Part shown: piece after piece, positions 44,601 through 58,204 of the stretch
How positions within the stretch are numbered: position 1 is the first letter of the stretch
Layout of the letters: each line of letters starts with the position of its first letter
Source of the DNA: Eledone cirrhosa
Taxonomy: Eukaryota
Assembly (NCBI GenBank): GCA_964016885.1
Contig: OZ024740.1
Location: forward strand, 2,232,001-2,296,000
Reading direction: 5' to 3'
DNA: 64,000 nucleotides
The notes under the pieces: model-generated
The model's input: the letters and a program-made list of their open reading frames with translations, nothing else
Told to the model about the DNA's origin: nothing
The model's database searches: none
Made by a program: the position numbers and the translations under genes

Positions 44601-47147
44601 TGGACAACTTAAAAAGTCCCCATCCTTAATTCTAACTAAGAACCTATCTAGGTACGATCTAGATTGACCACTGTTATTTGACCAAGTCCAGGTTGGCACA
44701 GTCGGAAAATCTAGTCGGTATCTATCGGCCAGGCCAAATCGGCCGATTAACCCCTTAAGGCTGTTACACCCCCCCTCTATCGGGACATGCCTCTACATAG
44801 TCCCAACGTGCATCTAGGATACCATTCCAGTCCCCCACTAAAAGCAAGGAGCGGGACGTCCCTAGAAAAGTCTCCAGACGATGGAAGAAGTCCGACTGCA
44901 TTGCCCCAAAAGGGGCGTATACGGCGACAAGCCTAAAAGCTTCGCCTTCACCATTGCCAAGGTCCAGAACCACGAGTCGACGCTCCGGGTCCAAGTGTAC
45001 CGTCTGTGTAGCGAGACCCAGATGTTTTTGCAGCAGCACGACAACCCCACCCTACCTCCGGGCTGACAGAGAGATGCGTGCATCTCAAAGTCATCAAAGG
45101 TGGGGGCTAGCTGTCGCATGCTGCTGATCCGGGCCTCGCAAATAACCATCACATTTATACATTGTGACCTGAGGTCACTTAGAAGTTTAGCTTGCTTCCA
45201 AGGTGAGCTCAGGCCACGCGCATTAACACAGCCATGTTGGTGGCAAAGAAAGAGGCACTTACCTCTCTGCGTCCCGGGGTTCGGGCCGCTCAGTTTCCAT
45301 GGGGCTGGTGGAGGGGTTGATGGGTGGGGTGGTGGTTTGTGGTGGTGTGGGGGTATTAGTGTGTAGAGGGGTTGGGGTGTTTGGAGTTGTGTGGGTGTTT
45401 GAGGAGGGGAGGGGAAAACCTTTCAAGAGGACGCGGTTGAGTGGCCTGGTGCAGGGTGGTCCCACGTCCTCAGGGTAAATGTTTTTCAAAGTTTTGAAAA
45501 TGTCAAGTGGGACTTTCACCATTTTCAGGTGAGGGAGTCCCATTGCCGTTACAAAATTCGGCCCTTCGGTTTGTACCGAACGGTTGTTTTCTATTTTTTC
45601 TGTTAGGTTTTTATTGTTTTTGTTTATGTATGTGTAGAGTTTTTGTGTTGTGTTTGTTTTTGCTTGTTGTTCTTGAGTGAGTTTGCGTTTTGTTGTCTGT
45701 GTTGTGTTGTCAGGTGGGGTTATTTTTGTTTGTGTGGTGTGTGTACGTTTTTTTCTTTTCACTTTTTGGAAGGGAACCCCCTCGTCTTCCGACGATATGA
45801 GCTCCTCTTCCGTATTGGAGGGGAGGGGTATATCTCCTGGTTGTGTATGAACTGCGTGTATTTTTGTATTTGTGTTCTGTGGGGAGGGGCTGGGTGGGAC
45901 CGTGTTTTGGGTTGTTTTCTTGAGCTGTTGTTGATGTTGTTGTGGTGGTGGTGGTGGTGTTGTTGGTTTTTGTTGTCGTGGTGATGGTGGTGTATTTTGT
46001 TGTTTTTATGGTGGTGGTGCTGGTTATTTTTGTTGTTGTTGTGGTGTTTGTAGCAGGTGACCTCTGCCAGCGCAGTGGTAACATGAGGGCCTCCGTAATA
46101 TTAATAAAGGTTTGACCATCCAGTAGTACTCGGTTGTGTATTCCGGCGATTCTCTCAGGTGTCATCTGTATGAGAACCTCCAGACTTTTCCCCCCCGAAC
46201 AGTCCACTGGTGGACTCACCTGCTGATATTAGGATGTCCTTTTCTAGGTCCGTGAATCCTGTCAGGACGGACCAGATGTTTACTTCTGGCGTTGAGCTCC
46301 ACATTCTTAGTCTTTGTGTTCTTCTTCCTTTATATGTGGGGAAGAAGGTGTATTGTGGTGACACTATAGGTGCCACCGACCATTTTTGAGCCAGCATTTC
46401 GTCCTTCATTCGGACCATAATGCTGGCATACAGCTTTCCTCTTTCAATAAAGAGTATGTCTTTTTTTATGTCTTTCAGAACCAGCTCAATTTGACTTTCT
46501 GTCAATTGAGCTGGCTTTCTTGTTGCTTTTAATATAGTCCTGAAGGTTATGGTATTCCTATATACCTGTTGACAAACTTCTTCTGGGGAGTTGATCGTAA
46601 AAGAACCATCCTCCCCAAAAGATATGTATTTTCTGTCATTTAGCAAGTTCTGCTTAGCGTTAGTAATGTCTATGGGCTTGTACTCGATAGCTTTCCTGAC
46701 CGTTTGGGCAAAAGAAACTTTGCTGTCTTTGTTGCTTTCGCTTCGTTCATTGTTGCTTGTTGCAATGTTGTTGGTTCCATCTTTTGTGGTATTTTTTCCC
46801 TGTTATTTTTTTCAAAATTTGGGTTTTCACTCAAATTAACAGTCTTTTTTCCATTCGAGAGGCGGGGTAGTTCAACAGTTTGAATTGTTGTTCCCTCTTT
46901 CTCGCTTTTTTAGGTGGGCGTGGCGTTAGCTTGCAATATGGCTTCCTCGTTTTTAATGATATCGATAAACATTTTAAAATTAAAGATTTACACCCCAAAA
47001 GGGGCGAAAATATATTTACCCTACGTCTACAGTCCCAGACGAGGGGTTAGAGTCAACAATAGTAACACAATTCAAATAATACACTCACAAATAACCAAGT
47101 AGTGATTCAAAATCGAAGAGCCGATGTGAAAGACGTCTACTATCAAC
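41633..47147 (-). mobile_element. Full-length decayed Tx1/L1-clade LINE (5' UTR, ORF1, ORF2 APE-RT-CCHC, 3' UTR)
   Basis: GDWN, YLDRF, SDH; SPGLDG, NFRPITLLN, LDQSKAFD, IRQGCPLS, AYADD, KLLGVWF, GGLGMP; C-terminal CP..C...H...C; 3' UTR ends AATAAACAGAAA; several frameshifts. Confidence 0.93.
41819..45235 (-). pseudogene. ORF2 of Tx1-like copy 2 (frameshifted)
   Basis: ORF-track fragments 45152-44862, 45039-44764, 44699-43539, 43554-43006, 43060-42227 and 42223-41966. Confidence 0.85.
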
Positions 47148-47726
47148 GACAGACAGACAGAGAGAGAGAGAGAGAGACAGACTGACAGACAGATAGAGAG
47201 AGAGACAGACAGACTGACACACAGATAGACAGAGAGAGAGAGAGACAGACAGACTGACAGACAGATAGAGAGACAGACAGACTGACAGACAGATAGACAG
47301 AGAGACAGACAGACTGACACACAGACATGCAGACAGACAGACAGACAGACAGAGACAGGCACACAGACAGACTGACACACAGACATGCAGACAGACAGAC
47401 AGACAGATACACAGACAGAAAGACAGACAGACAGACAGACATAGACAGACACACAGACAGACAGGCACACAGACAGACAGGCACAGACAGACAGACAGAC
47501 AGATACACAGACAGAAAGACAGACAGATACACAGACAGACAGACAGACTCACACATACACATACACAAAGACAGACACACACACACACGCACATAAAGAC
47601 AGACAGACATACACACGCACATACAGACAAACACACGCACAGATACAGACGCACACATGCACACACATAACAGAGACACACCCACAGACACACACACAAA
47701 CAAACACAGACAGACACACACAGACA
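47148..47726. repeat. (GACA)n/(GA)n/(CA)n compound microsatellite at the Tx1 5' junction
   Basis: Read directly. Confidence 0.95.
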
Positions 47727-48011
47727 ATGGGCCCCTAAACAGTTCCTGTTCACCAACTTCCCCTCACAAGACATTGATAAAGTTGATGCTGAAATAGAAG
47801 GCCTTTGCCCAAGGTGACATGCAGTTAGACTGAACCCCAAATCATGTTGCACAGGTGGCCCTGTTGATATGGGGATACGATTTTAAGGAGCTTAACTGCA
47901 TGGGGTCCTGACTCTTTTCCTATTACCCACTCTACTACCCTAAGTATCAAGTACTCTGGTGTGTTATGGTCCATCTGGTTCCTTACCACATTTCCTTCGT
48001 TATATACATGT

Positions 48012-48053
<42 letters not shown>

Positions 48054-48133
48054 GTAAACAGAAATAACAACACAATCAGTTCAGTATATGGAAGGGGTAT
48101 ATTAGGTTAATGCTTGATATAGCAAGAAGAGGG

Positions 48134-48169
48134 TCTTAACGTTTCGGACGCTAGTCCTTCATCAAAAGA
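48134..48169 (-). ncRNA. Minimal hammerhead motif (TTGATGA core)
   Basis: TCTT-TTGATGA-a-GGAC-tagc-GTCC-GAA-ACGT-T-AAGA. Confidence 0.6.
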
Positions 48170-48345
48170 AAGAATGAGAAATAAGATAGACTGAGGGGAC
48201 GGGCAGGTTGGTATTGGAAAAAATGTCTTTAGATAAAAATAACAGGTTCATTCATGTTGACATCTCACACACATATATATATATTATTTAATAAAGTGAC
48301 AGGAGGGCAGATTGTTGAAATTCCTTTAAAGTTTTAATTTTTGCA

Positions 48346-48397
48346 ACACTATATATATTTCAATGGCCAGTAGAATTCCAGTGACATCATCAGGTGT
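48346..48397 (-). ncRNA. Minimal hammerhead motif
   Basis: ACAC-CTGATGA-tgtcactggaattctactggccatt-GAA-ATATATAT-A-GTGT; stem II is imperfect. Confidence 0.6.
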
Positions 48398-48580
48398 ATT
48401 GTACAACAGTCATAAATAATAATTAATCTGTTCCTGCACCACAAACAGAATCTTACATCAAAGATGAATGAGTTGCATCATGTTGAGTGCTTTTCCTACT
48501 ATTGCATCATGATTAACTATACGGAATGACCAGTTCTATCTGGTGTTGAACCACCAACTTTAATGTATATATATAAAAAA

Positions 48581-50888
48581 TAATAATAATAATGAAAATA
48601 TTGTGTACAGTGCTCAGGTGCACTACAACTCATCAAAAGTGTATGCATAGTTCATAGGGTAATGTACAAAAGTCAGGAAAATGAACAGTGCAGGAGTCAT
48701 AATATACACGTGTGCATGTGTATGGAAGGGGGATATCAGGTGTCGTTTTGGTGAATTTTGGAAAGCATGAGGGTTTTAAAGGATGCAGTGCCTCAGCAGC
48801 TAACAACTGATGCAGGCAGTTTGTTCCATGCTTCAGCAACTCTAAGCGTGAAAAAATGTTTCCAAAATTCATGGGAGCTGTGCTGTTTTCTGACTTTGTA
48901 GGCATGTCCACTTGTGTTAGACACATGGAGATCAAAAAGGTGCTCAGGGTTGTTGTTGGCGAGATGGTTAATAACTTTGTGGGTGTTTACCAAGTCCATT
49001 GCCAGACGTCGGAGCTTCAATAAATCCATGCCCAGGGAAGCAAGGCGTTCAGAGTATGGTAGGTGTCTGATGGAGGGTATGCGCTTGGTTTCACATCTCT
49101 GAACAGTTTCCAGGAGGTCAATGTTCTGAGCAAGATAGGGGTACCAGACTGATGATGTGAATTCCAACCAAGTGTGGTCGTACAATAGCTGTATACAGCT
49201 TTAAATAGATGGCTGGAGAGCGGCTAACAAAGGTCTTGCTGAGTGATGCTAAGACACCCTCGGCTTTTGTGGCAATTTTAGAGATGTGCTTTGTCTAACG
49301 CAAATCACTGCTGACAGTAATGCCCAGGTCACGTTCACAAGAGGACATCTTGATACCAGTGTTGTGGAGGGAGTATATAGACGCTGGATTTTTCCTCCCA
49401 AAATGCATGGTGGTACACTTCTCCACAGCCAGCTTCAGTTGCCAGTCTGCGATCCATTGCTGCATTGTGTCCAGGTCTGATTGTAGGAAAGAGTTATAGA
49501 TTTCAGGATCTGTCCTTTTGATTTCAAGGTACAGCTTGATGTCATCTGCATATTTCAGTACTGTGGCATTCTTTAAGTTGGCATCTATGTCATTAATGTA
49601 TGCAACAAACAAAAGGGGACCAAGAACAGATCCCTGTGGTACACCAGATGACATCTCATATGGTGAAGAATGCTGTCCTAGAACCGTGACTATCTCTTTT
49701 CGGCTGAGAATGAAGGATTTCAACCAGTTAAAAAGATCATCCTTCACCCCCATTGCTGAGAGTTTCGCCATAAGTCTTTTGTGTGGCACAGAATTAAAAG
49801 CCTTAGCAAAGTCAAGGTAAACAACATCCACCCATGAGCCGCTGTCAGTGATCCGGGTAATGTCTTCAAGGAACTCGATAAGCTGATCACAGCAGCTGGA
49901 GTTAGGGATAAATCCAAACTGTGAGGGCCAGATGAGGCTGTGAGAGCTCCAAAAGTTCCAAAGTGATTCTCTGACACAGGATTCCATCAGTTTGGCAATA
50001 CAGCTAGTAAGACTGACTGGACGATAGTTGACAGGTGACGTGCGGTCACCCTTTTTGAACAGAGGAATGACACTGCCAGTTTTCCACTGCTCCGGAGTAG
50101 CACCATTGTTGAGACAGTATTGAAAGAAGAAAGAAAGCTGGTGCAAAAGGAAGTACCTGCCATGTTTGAGAAGCAGGTATGTAACACCATCAAGACCAAG
50201 GTAGGCATAATTGCGCTTATTCTTAAGGTGACGTCGCAACATTGCAGGTGTAAATGCCATAGTTGTTATGGAATTTGATGTTAGAGATGGTGGAGATGGT
50301 ACATTCTGGTTTTCAACAGTAAAAATGCTTGCTAACACTCAGTAATGAGTTCTGCACATTCTTTGGGATCTTCAGTGATCTGGCTTGTGTGGGGATGGCG
50401 AAGAGGACCAACTGGAGAGTGAGGTCTCTGCTTTGAATGTACATATTTCCAGAACACCTTACTGTCAGGATTGGTTGCTATGCACTGTTCAAATTCAAGC
50501 ACTGCCTTTCTTGTCACTTGCTTGAGATGGTTGAAAGATTTATTCCGCTTTTTCTGTTGGCATCTGATTTATGCAGTTTATATTCCCGTTCAGCATTCCA
50601 ACGTTCTTTCCTGGCAAGTCGGACCGCTGAAGTTTCCCAAATTGCACTTTTGGTGTGGGTTTATTTCTGCTTACATGGCACCGATGCTGCACACGCTATC
50701 TATATTGAGTCCAGGATGCTCTGGAGTATAGTGTTCACATCTCCAGAGTTATAGAACTCATGCCAGTTTGGGCGCTGTAGCTCAGTGCAGTACAAGTTCC
50801 AATCTGCTTCTTTCCAAGCAGATTGGAGATGGTTCTGGTTTTTGTTGCTGCCCACAAGAGCCGGATTGGCAATGATCATCGCATGATC
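48581..50888 (-). mobile_element. CR1-clade LINE, 3' 2.3 kb
   Basis: NYRPVSLTS, YLDFAKAF, GVPQGSVLGPLLF, YADD, ERDLG, LETVQR, RVAEAWNKLP; (ATT)n tail. Confidence 0.92.
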
Positions 50889-51529
50889 ATATATTATATA
50901 TATATATACAAGAATACTTCCAGCACAATACAATACATATACTAAAGATATTACTCACTTCCAGTATACACATGTGATACAATGACCATTGTACCAACAC
51001 CACAACAACCCACCTCTTAAAAAAAAAAAAATCACACCACATAAACAAAGAAACCGCTATAGCTAAACGTCCCTGAAATAACACATTTTATATAAGGGAA
51101 AACATGGAACAACGTAACACTTGTCTACAAATGATGCGCTGGTCACGGCAAGAATGTCTTTGATCATAGGCAGGGATGGATTTAGGGTCCTGGAGCATTT
51201 CAGGTTTGGGGAGTGCCTCACACACAAAAAATTAGAATACACAGCAAATCATCCAATATTACATGTCAAAGTTAACTTGTTGCAAGTAAATGGAATTGAA
51301 AACATACATACAGGTTTTAAATTCTAACCCTCCTAAAACTAAAAGCCCAGCAGAGGGCACAAATAAATTGCCCCGGCTGTCGCTGGTGGGGGCCCCCATT
51401 AAATCCGGACCTGATCATTGGTGAGCTCAAGTAGGGCTCTCCTGGGGCTTACGACAATACAGAGCAGAAGTACTTGCAACATATTGTCACACCGTCAATA
51501 TAAACATAAACACCAAAGATAGTACTGAC

Positions 51530-51690
51530 AGACGAGCCATTACTAGAAATAGTAGCCCAAAAAACCCTTTATAGAGGAAGGGCATTATATAATGTAGTCT
51601 TTGACACCCTTAAAAAATACAGGATGTCATGGCTGGAATGTTTTTGATCAATATTAGAGCTGACTTGAGGCTAAACAAGACAGTACCACA
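51530..51690 (+). repeat. Short interspersed repeat of about 150 bp (family C); further copies at about 52965-53135, 53140-53330, 53915-54125 and 60280-60440 (minus)
   Basis: Shared GAAATAGCAGCCAAATCTCCC...GGTCATGGCTGGAA...TTTGATCATAGG...GGGCTAAACAAC-like consensus. Confidence 0.65.
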
Positions 51691-51699
51691 CGATATATC

Positions 51700-52620
51700 A
51701 CAACCAACATACACACACACACATTAATACACCACAACACACACACACATTAATACACCACAACATACACACACATTAATACACCACAACATACACACAC
51801 ACACACATTAATACACGCACATGAACACACACATATGAACTAAAACAACACACATCTACGCAACCGTAAACATAAACACATCTACATATACACATATCTA
51901 CACACACACACACACGCACATATATTTATATATATATACACATAAACACATATCTACATATACGCATATATCTACATAAACATATATAACTACACATACA
52001 CATACATATCTACACACACACACACATATCTACACACACACACACACATCTACACACACACACACATATCTACACATACACACATATCTACATATACACA
52101 CATATCTACATATACACATATATCTACATATATATCTAATATATCTACATATATATCTACATATCTACATATATATCTACATATACACACATATCTACAC
52201 ACACAGACACACACACATCTACACACACACATCTACACACAGACACACACATATCTACACACACACACACACACATCTACACAGACACACACATATCTAC
52301 ACACACACATCTACACACACACTGACTCCGACACACACTAAAACACGTGAAACCAAACCAAAACAATACAAAAGTTCTGAATGTTCCAGAACATTCAGTA
52401 GCAGCAGTAGCAGTGGTGGTGGTGGTGGTGTAGTGGTGGTGTGGTGGTAGTGGTGTAATGGTAGTAGTAGTGGTAGTGATAGTAGTAGTAGCAGCAGTAA
52501 TAGTAGTAGTAACAACAGTAATAGTAGTAGTAACAACAGTAATAGCAGCAGCAGCGATACTAATAGTACCACTACTACTGCCAGCACAACAATCACCACC
52601 ACCACTACTACCTCTACCAC
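51700..52620. repeat. CA/TA and GTA/GTG simple repeats
   Basis: Read directly. Confidence 0.85.
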
Positions 52621-53480
52621 CACTTGTACTGTAACAGCTGCAGCAAGGTGTCCGTATGGTGGTGGTGGTGATGATGGTACATTTGTTGTTTACAAACATT
52701 CAAGGCTAACGTTGACAGTTGCTCCTACTGACTGACTTCGAGGTGGTTACTGATGCACATCTAACAATGGGTAACCCACCCGTAATTCTTGGTGGATGGT
52801 GGACTTTATTGGGGCTTTTCCTTATCCCTTATTTAATGTAATTTGAAAACATATCTTCTTAGTGAAGCTTAATTGTTCTGACGGACGTGTGTGTATGCGT
52901 TTCGTGTCCTAGCTCGGGTAAGTGGTCACACAACCACCATAAATAGGAATATATTTATATGGTTACTTAAACTGCAAGAAATAGCAGTCAAATCTCCCTG
53001 AAATCAGACACTACCGTCTTTCAAAAGAAAGACATTGTATAATTTAGGTCTTCGACACAGTACTTGATGAAAAAGACGGGTTGGTTACGGCTGGAACGCT
53101 TCCATCACTGGTTTGCCCAATCAGAGCAATATGTGTTTGCTCGACCTACATGAAATAGCCGCTAAATCCCCTTCATATTAAACCTTCGCATCCTAAACAT
53201 TGAAAGACACGTTAGGTCATCTAGTCTAGATAAAATATCTCAAAACAACAACAAATGGTATGGCCATGGCAGGAAATACTTTTGATCATACTTGTGGTCT
53301 ATCAGAGTTGACCTAGGGTTATACAACAACTTTAATAATAACACACATTACAAGCTACGACAGAATTAGGCCGAACCAAGACAAGACAATATTACATAAT
53401 GATAATAGATAGCAAATGACATGAAAATATATTTATATAATATATATATATATATATATACATAAAACTAATCTGTATTG

Positions 53481-53546
53481 TATTTTATCTGATGAAAGCG
53501 CACCGAAATTGGCCTTGGTGGCTCTTGAAATATGTATAATAAAATA
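53481..53546 (+). ncRNA. Hammerhead ribozyme motif
   Basis: TATTTTAT-CTGATGA-aagcgcaccgaaattggccttggtggctctt-GAA-ATATGTAT-A-ATAAAATA; 8-bp stem I. Confidence 0.7.
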
Positions 53547-53622
53547 AATATGGTTTTATAAATATAGTTTCCATTTGTTAATATATTGTATATATACATA
53601 TGTGTGTGTGTGTGTTTATGTA

Positions 53623-53656
<34 letters not shown>

Positions 53657-54528
53657 CGTAAACACATACATACAATATAATGTTTACTTTGACTCCCATT
53701 CTACTATTTTCAATCACCTCGATATAATCGTTCAATATCTAGTGATAATTGTTTCTACTTTTTGGCACAAGGCCAGCAATTACCCAGTGCATTACTGGTA
53801 CTTTATTTTATCGACCCCGTAAGGAGTGATAATGCGGGTCCACTCCTGCAAGCTTTCGCCCTCCACAAATGATACCATATATAAACACTGCTGCAATAGG
53901 AACACTATATGTGGCTGTTAGATCTCCTAAAAATAGCAGTCATATCTCCCACAAATCACATCATTGTCTCCGATAAAAAAAGTTAAAAAGGATGGATGAA
54001 CACATTGGAAAATGTAGTCTTAGATATACTATGCCTAACTAATACATAGGATGGTCATAGTTATGGATGGAACACCTTTGATCATAGGTCCGCCCAATTG
54101 GGGCCGATTTGGGGTTAAAGAATAATAAAAACTACTATAAAAATATATGTAAACAACACACATACACACACTAATGCCATTGCAATAACATATGTACATA
54201 CGTACACCATGTCATGACAGTAATACACATACATAGTCATACACATATATACGTATACTTAAAATGTCAACAACACAGGTACATACACAACACAACACAT
54301 AATTACGCACACAAACACACGTGACAGAAAAAGAACAGATTTAATTATCAAAATAATTAGCCAGATTAATTATCTAAACAATGTAAAGAAAAAGACGAAT
54401 ATATATATAAACAGTAGAAACTCCAGAGTAACAATACTCGCTATTTAGCCTTAATAAAATGAATATTAAAACTCTACTTCGGTATTAAGTACTGTTTATC
54501 TCAGTCGTCAACCACATACTATCTCTCT

Positions 54529-54532
<4 letters not shown>

Positions 54533-54624
<92 letters not shown>
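54533..54624. repeat. (GA)n microsatellite
   Basis: Read directly. Confidence 0.95.
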
Positions 54625-54626
<2 letters not shown>

Positions 54627-54835
54627 TGGGAAAAACCAGACCCTCCATCTCAACTCTAATTTTGAAAAGCAGAAGAACTGCGAAACCAGTAAAGGAACCA
54701 AATAAATATATATATTTTTTTAAAAATCAGACTCCAGTTGCATTTTCGATTTCATCTTTTTTTCTTTATACTTTCACTCGTGTAGGACACGTCTGTTATT
54801 TTTCATTTTGTAAAAAAACCGCACTTTCTAATATC
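54622..54835 (+). mobile_element. Solo pLTR-like fragment with a degenerate hammerhead; same family as 11800-12020
   Basis: Clear alignment: GACCCTCCATCTCAACTC...GAAAAGCAGAAGAACTGCGAAACC.GTAAAGGAACCAAATAAA. Confidence 0.7.
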
Positions 54836-55594
54836 TCTCTCTCTATATATATATATCTATATATATAGCCCTCCTCTATCAAGTCGTCCAAATAAAGAGC
54901 TATTTAAAGATGAGATGGGACAGAAGAATTGAGGTTTACCAAGTCAGGTTGACTTCATCTTTTGGGTCACCCTCGGCTCTTTTTAATCTATATAAGACAA
55001 AACGAATGTATACTACACATATATATGTTGTATACAGTGTCACGTATACACACATATATACATCAGGCTCTAGACATACTTTTCATGAGGGTAAATTAAC
55101 CATTGTTATATAATTGTAACATGAAATGAATAAAAACATTTATATACAATGTGTGTATGTATGTATGTATGTATGTATGTATGTATGTATGTATGTATGT
55201 ATGCATGTATGCATATATGTGTATGTATGTATGCATGCACGTGTGTATATATGAATGTGTGTATGTGTGCATACATATATGTAGATGTATGTATGTCGGC
55301 AAAGTTAACCTCGGCGGGACTTTGACAAGGTAGAAGTCTAGAGCCTCCTTAATGACAAGGGACCTGTCATTTTATCCCCGCTGTAATAGGTTGAATGAAG
55401 AGCCAGAGCGTCCCTGAAACACCTCAAAGCCTAAGGATCCAGCCATGGGTTAATAAAGCTCCGTATGTATGTATGTATACATGTATGTATGCATGCGTGT
55501 ATATGTATATATACATGTATGTACAAGTGTAAATATGTATGTATGAACATATATATACATGTATATATACATATATATACATGTATATATACCA

Positions 55595-55650
<56 letters not shown>

Positions 55651-56071
55651 ATATTTTTTTTTGAAATGCGCATAATAAAATACTTGGAACTCTTTTAACC
55701 ATCTTTTGATCTTATATATTTATACTCCAGTCCTACAAACTGTAGAGTGCTACTTATCCGATATTTGCATTGCTTTATTGTGCTACAATAAAACTCACCT
55801 CCTACATATATATATTATACATGTATGTACGAGTGCATATATGTATATTTACATTTATGTATCATTGTCTAAATGAGTGTATATATGTATGAACATATCT
55901 ACCTCTCTATATATGTATGTAAACATGTATGTTGATAGTTGTATATAACTGACCTTAATCCTTGCTTCCCCGTCTTGTAAATGTGTGGTTAAATTAAATT
56001 CCTGATCAGTCATTAGAAGACAAACATTCAATCAAGATTCTACGGACATAATACCATATTCCCATCAGCTG

Positions 56072-56568
56072 CTCTCTCTCTCTCTCTCTCAATATATATA
56101 TAACTCTCCCTCCAACTCTCTCTCTCTCTCTCAATATATATATAACTCTCCCTCCAACTCTCTCTCTCTCTCAATATATATATAACTCTCCCTCCAACTC
56201 TCTCTCTCTCTCTCAATATATATATCTCTCCCTCCAACTCTCTCTCTCTCTCAATATATATATAACTCTCCCTCCAACTCTCTCTCTCTCTCTCAATATA
56301 TATATAACTCTCCCTCCAACTCTCTCTCTCTCTCAATATATATAACTCTCCCTCCAACTCTCTCTCTCTCAATATATATAACTCTCCCTCCAACTCTCTC
56401 TCTCTCTCAATATATATAACTCTCCCTCCAACTCTCTCTCTCTCAATATATATAACTCTCCCTCCAACTCTCTCTCTCTCTCAATATATATAACTCTCCC
56501 TCCAACTCTCTCTCTCTCTCAATATATATAACTCTCCCTCCAACTCTCTCTCTCTCTCTCTCTCTCTC
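56072..56568. repeat. Compound minisatellite of about 36-42 bp (CTCTCCCTCCAA(CT)nCAA(TA)nA), about 12 copies
   Basis: Read directly. Confidence 0.9.
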
Positions 56569-57164
56569 GCCTTCGCACTCTACAATAAATATTGCTGCTG
56601 CTCTTGTTGTTTTCACTGTTGCTGCTGATAATAGTAGTAGTAGTAGTAGTAGTAGTAGCAGCAGTAGTAGTGTTAGTAGTAGAAGTGTTAGTAGTAGTAG
56701 TAGTGGTGGTGGTGGTGGTAGTATTAGTGGTAGTATTTTCTGTTGACGTACTCTTACTGACTAGAAAATACAGGGGTGGCCGTGTTGATGGTTTACCGTT
56801 CTACTACTACTACTACTACTACTACTACTAGTAGTAGTGGTAGTAGTAGTAATAGTAAGCGTAGTAGTAGTACTAGTGTTTACATTGCCATCGTAGTGTT
56901 GTCGTTGGTAGTAGTAATAGAGGTTTTGTGGAGGTGTATTTCCTCCAGCCCGTGGGAGGGCATGCTAACCCCCCCCCCTCTACTGGAGGTTGCTCCTCAC
57001 ACACTCTCTTTATTACTGATACAACCTCCACACATTCTACTCCTTCCCCTCCACCCTTCCTTCCGTCAACCACACACACACTCTCTCTCTCTCTCTCACA
57101 CACACGCTGATGTCATGTACTATTTTAGTACTGCTCTCTCTCTCTATGTATATATATATATGTG

Positions 57165-57366
57165 AGTCCTGAGTTCAATCGGGGGTAACCACAGTTATTA
57201 AAGTACTCAATACATTAGTAGAGTGTAAACATCATGTTTAATATAGAAATGGCTTCTACGGGACTAGAACTGTTTCAAAAATAAAAAAAATAAAAAAATT
57301 GTTTCCTGATGATTTTTTTTAATGAAACAATTCTAGCCTGTAGAAGCTATTTCTATATCAAACATG
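57165..57366. mobile_element. Inverted pair of Penelope pLTR fragments (same family as 17110-19690) with a hammerhead at 57303-57345
   Basis: 57165-57278 is a reverse-complement match to 17308-17412. 57303-57366 is a forward copy with CTGATGA...GAAACA...CTGTAGAA. Confidence 0.8.
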
Positions 57367-57511
57367 ACCCCCCCCCCACACACACACATATGATATATGT
57401 ATGTGTGGGTGTCGGTGGAAGTTTATCTTTCTCCTTTGCTAACACTATCTTTCTCTCTTGCTATCTCTTTTGCTCATACTCTTTTTTTCCCTCTCTCTCT
57501 TTATATATATA

Positions 57512-58154
57512 CAGTGCATCTTCGCTTATCCGGATATCGCTTTTCCGAAATTCGATTTACCGGACGGCTATTTCTATACTACCTCCGGATGAGGAGGACT
57601 TGATTTCGGCTGACGGACAGATTCGGGCAGCATTTCTTCCGGCGAACGTTACGTCACTTATTCAGCCAATGGACCAAGGAGTTTTGGAGACACTAAAGCG
57701 GATTTACAGAAAACAATTGCTGCGGGATTTGATCGGAAAAGGGGACACGGGAATGATTCCATTTTTACGTGCGATAAACATGAGGGAGGTGGTTGACCGT
57801 TCAGCTGTTGCTTGGAAATGGTAGCGGAACGACGAGCTTCGGCGCGAAAACAATCTTCTATTTATTAATTTTTATAAAAGTACTAACTTTTTATGGTTTG
57901 ACTCAATTCAGTTTTACCAAGTTTTTAGTTATTCTTATGTTTGTTTAATTAATTTTCTTATAAATTCTAGCGGTTCTTTTGTTATTCTAATAAACTTTCT
58001 TTACTTAGCATTTGTCTTTTATTTTGACTAAAAGAAGCCAAAACATTAGAAACCACTAGCATTATGTAACAATTGGATTATCCGGATATTTCACTTAACC
58101 GGATCTTTTTCTAACTGTTTGGTTTTGACCGTCCAGATAAGCGAAGATTCACTG
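57512..58154 (+). mobile_element. pogo/Tigger-family internal deletion derivative
   Basis: TIRs CAGTG(C/A)ATCTTCGCTTATC(C/T)GGA, TA flanks, and DDE_1 remnant FLPANVTSLIQPMDQGVLETLKRIYRK. Confidence 0.9.
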
Positions 58155-58204
58155 TATATATATATATATAGGTAACAGAGCTTAATAGTTATGTAATAAA
58201 CAAC

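Noticed and set aside
50959-51015. 57-nt minus-strand exon candidate (polyT-aag...gtgagt) as HACD exon 1
   Set aside because: Splice signals look plausible, but no frame gives the YLxxYN...G motif. It could be a UTR exon or chance.
52277-52699. Thr/Gly/His-rich ORFs here and at 41114-41500 and 56592-57165
   Set aside because: Trinucleotide low-complexity DNA with no recognisable domain or splice support.
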